Below are positions 61,350 to 64,000 of a stretch of DNA of 64,000 bases, in pieces. The notes under the pieces are model-generated. The model saw only the letters and a list, made by a program, of their open reading frames with translations, was not told the DNA's origin and ran no database searches. A program made the position numbers and the translations under genes. How positions within the stretch are numbered: the first letter of the stretch is position 1; the number at the start of each line of letters is the position of its first letter. Source of the DNA: Mobula hypostoma (taxonomy: Eukaryota); contig NC_086109.1 in NCBI RefSeq assembly GCF_963921235.1, forward strand, positions 33,730,001 to 33,794,000, written 5' to 3'.

Positions 61350-62010
61350 TTAAGTTCAAAATTCAAAGGTCAAAGTAAATTTGTTATCAAAGTACATACA
61401 GTATATGTAACCATACACAACCCTGTGATTTGTTTTCTTACGGCATACATATTAAGTCCAAAAACACAACAGAATAGATGAAAGATGGCACCAAACAGGA
61501 TGGACAAATAACTAACATGCAAAAAACAGCAATCTGTGCAAGCCTAGAAGAGAAAAAAAAAGAAAAATAAGCAATAAATATTGAGAACATGATACGAAAG
61601 TTAGTCTATAGCCTATGGGAATAGTTCTGTGAAGTTGAGTGAAGTTATCCTCTTTGGTTCAAGAGCCTGATGGTTGAGGGGTAATAACTGTTCCTGAACC
61701 TGATAGTTGGAGCCTGAAGTTCCCGTGCCTTCTCCCTGATGGTAGAAGTGAGAAGAGAGCATAGCCTGTTTGTGGGGATCCTTAATCATGGAAGCTGCTT
61801 TCCTATGACAGAGTTTCATGTAGAGGTGCTCAATGGTGGGGAGAGCTTTACCTGTGATGGACTGGGCTATTTCCACTACTTTTTGTAGGAGTTTCCATTC
61901 AAGGGCATTGGTGCCTCTGTGCCAGGCCAAGGTGAAGTTATAAATGTCAAGCTGAATCTTGGCAAACTTCTAAGGAAGTAGAGGTACTGCTGTGCTTTCT
62001 TCGGAATGTG
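61350..62010 (-). mobile_element. Rex1/Babar 3' fragment
   Basis: ORF 61613..61930 reads AWHRGTNALEWKLLQKVVEIAQSITGKALPTIEHLY...KAASMIKDPH. Confidence 0.8.
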
Positions 62011-62455
62011 TTGGGCCCAAGACAACCTTTATACTCATTGCTCCAACCAATGAAAGCTAGCACGTCATTTATCTTTTTTGCCATTTGCAACGAGCTATGG
62101 ACTTGCACCTCAAGATCCCTCTGAACATCAATGCACCGAAGCGTCCTGCCATTTACTGTATACTTTCTTCTTGCATTTCATCTCCCCAAATGCAGCACTT
62201 CCCACTCATCCAGATCAAACTTCTCTGCCCAAATTTATCATTAATTTATATCCTGTTGTATCTTCTGATTACTTTCATCATTATTCACAATTCTACCAAT
62301 TCTCAAGTCATCTGCAAACTTATTAATAAGATCACCTAAATGTTCATTGATATCATTAATACAAACAAAGAGGCATCAGTATCAATCCTTGTGGAACACA
62401 AGTAGGTAGAGTAACAAAACATTCTTGCCTTCATAGGTTGAGGTGTTGACTATTG

Positions 62456-63086
62456 CAAGATGGTGTCATGCTTGTGGTAGTCTGTTGCAGTAGCTCCTGT
62501 GTTTTGTTGTTTTTCATATTTTTAATGTTATTTTTATGTTTTCTTGTGTGTCATTCTGGATTATTGTGTACCAGGACCATTTGTGATGCTACCTTGTGTT
62601 TGGAGTGAAGGTTGAGCAAAGGGTGTGTTTATTCCAGAGACTGGCTGATTGAGCTATGCAAACCAAAGCTACTCAGTGTGGCCTGAGATTGCATAGGAGC
62701 TTGGGAGGTGATGCCGAGGCTGCAGGGTCGATTCAAAGGTTAACACTAAGAGGAGGAAATATAAACCTTTCATCCCTGCGATTATCATGGTAAACATAAG
62801 GTCCTTGGGAACTAAGGCGGAAGAGTTTGGCACACTGATAAAGACCCAGAAGGAATACCAGGAGTGCAGTGTTTTCGTCCTTAACTGAGACCTGGCTGCA
62901 CGTGCATTTCCTGGACAATAGTGCTACCATACCTGGCTTCAAGACCATCCCAGCAGATAGAGAAGTATATTATTATTCTGTACTTTATTGCTAGTTACGT
63001 CTGCACACTGCTAAGTGTGTTTTTAAATGTTGTTGATGTAACAAAAGTATTTCTCAGTCAGGATTAATAAAGTACTTATTACTAAT
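62456..63086 (+). mobile_element. Internally deleted Rex1-like LINE: 5' UTR plus endonuclease N-terminus fused to 3' UTR
   Basis: Starts CAAGATGGTG. Broken EN motifs (IIMVNIRSL, KTQKEYQECSV, LTETWL, IPGFKTIPADR) lie at about 62775-62962. The 3' end is complementary to 23010-23100. Confidence 0.7.
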
Positions 63087-63400
63087 GGTCAGGAAGTCAT
63101 GTTGTATGTAGCTGCATAAAATTTTGATCTGTTAATATTTAGAGTATTGTGTTCAATTGTGGTTGCCATATTACAGGAAGGATACGAAGGGACTGGACAG
63201 GGTGCAGAAAAATGCCTGAATTCGAGAGCATTAGCAATAAAGAAAGGTTGGATAAAGTTGAATTATTTTCTTTGAGGTGTCAGAGACTGAGGGACACCCT
63301 GATAGAAGTACGTATTTAAGATTACGAGAGATGGTTAGAGTCTTTTTCATAGGATGGAAATGTCAAACACTGGAGGAGATACGTTTAATATCCGTGGTAG
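63086..63400 (+). mobile_element. Old CR1 3' fragment
   Basis: TTAGAGTATTGTGTTCAATTGTGG (LEYCVQLW) and GACAGGGTGCAGAAA. Confidence 0.65.
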
Positions 63401-63413
63401 AGTAGCAGGTAGT

Positions 63414-64000
63414 GTTATGCCAGTATAGCACCAGCTTATTGGTCAGAAACAACTGCAATCTACAGATCAGTGAATAGCAATAAGACAAAGGCAGTGGAAA
63501 CAGACAAATCAAAAGTCTTTGTTCTTGCCATATGGTTGCAAGAATGGGGGTGACCATTTTGTGAGACTGTCGTTGCAGCCACCATTTTGTGAACTGCTCG
63601 AACTGCTTTTTGCTCAGGGATAGCTTGCTCAGAGTAACTGAATGTGGACATGGGAGATTCTGCAAATGATCTGTCAAACCTGACAGCATTTCAAATAAGA
63701 AGTTGTTTATTATGTAAAATAACAGTTTTGTAGAAGGAATAGCCAATAATCTAGACATCTGGGCCCAGTGTTCGGTGGACCTGGTTGAACTGGTTAGAAC
63801 CAGTTTGAATTGGAAAGAAGTCACCAAAGGCACAAGGCTGAAGGAGTAGCTATAAGACAATACTGCTTGTAGCCTTGGACTACTCCCAATGAGGCGCTGA
63901 CACAGATCAGTCAGATGACCTTGAGCCAATGAAATTGAAACATCATAGATTGGTCTGATAAAGAAGAGATTAACAATGGAGAATGCAGCAAAAACTCTAT
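63414..64000 (+). mobile_element. Possible LTR plus decayed Gypsy gag start, running off the window
   Basis: Begins TGTTATG where the CR1 stops abruptly. Downstream WTWLNWLE...TILLVAL loosely resembles Gypsy gag N-termini. Confidence 0.35.

Noticed and set aside
63363..63929. 188-aa minus-strand ORF
   Set aside because: It has no recognisable domain, crosses a CR1/LTR-like boundary, and is probably a chance antisense ORF.
1..64000. Prokaryotic-type systems (CRISPR, defence or retron loci, operons) built around the RT ORFs
   Set aside because: Coding density is very low, there is no regularly spaced repeat-spacer array, and all RT fragments belong to eukaryotic CR1, Rex1, RTE or Penelope elements.

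Overview
This is eukaryotic, AT-rich, repeat-dominated intronic or intergenic DNA. It is not prokaryotic: I see no operons, CRISPR arrays or rRNA/tRNA genes. The repeat inventory includes CR1 LINEs with TTCTATG-type tails, HE1-like V-SINEs, Penelope termini, Rex1/Babar, RTE, L1, Tc1, hAT-Charlie and Gypsy. By inference this points to a cartilaginous fish, probably a ray or shark. Every recognisable ORF is a decayed transposable-element fragment, and I cannot identify a host protein-coding gene; only weak splice-signal exon candidates remain. Four structures stand out. (i) Many short Penelope-derived insertions with 10-16 bp TSDs carry a minimal type-I hammerhead-ribozyme motif, often in fold-back arrangement. 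(ii) Several nested insertions can be resolved by TSD, including L1 in hAT in Gypsy, CR1 in Tc1, and RTE, SINE or MITE in Tc1 derivatives. (iii) An old local duplication covers a unique flank plus a Tc1 derivative (40385 and 43258). (iv) Modular SINEs and non-autonomous LINE derivatives are present. I found no convincing evidence of a wholly new biological system. Family assignments come from motif recognition by eye, not from database searches, and boundaries without a stated TSD are approximate.
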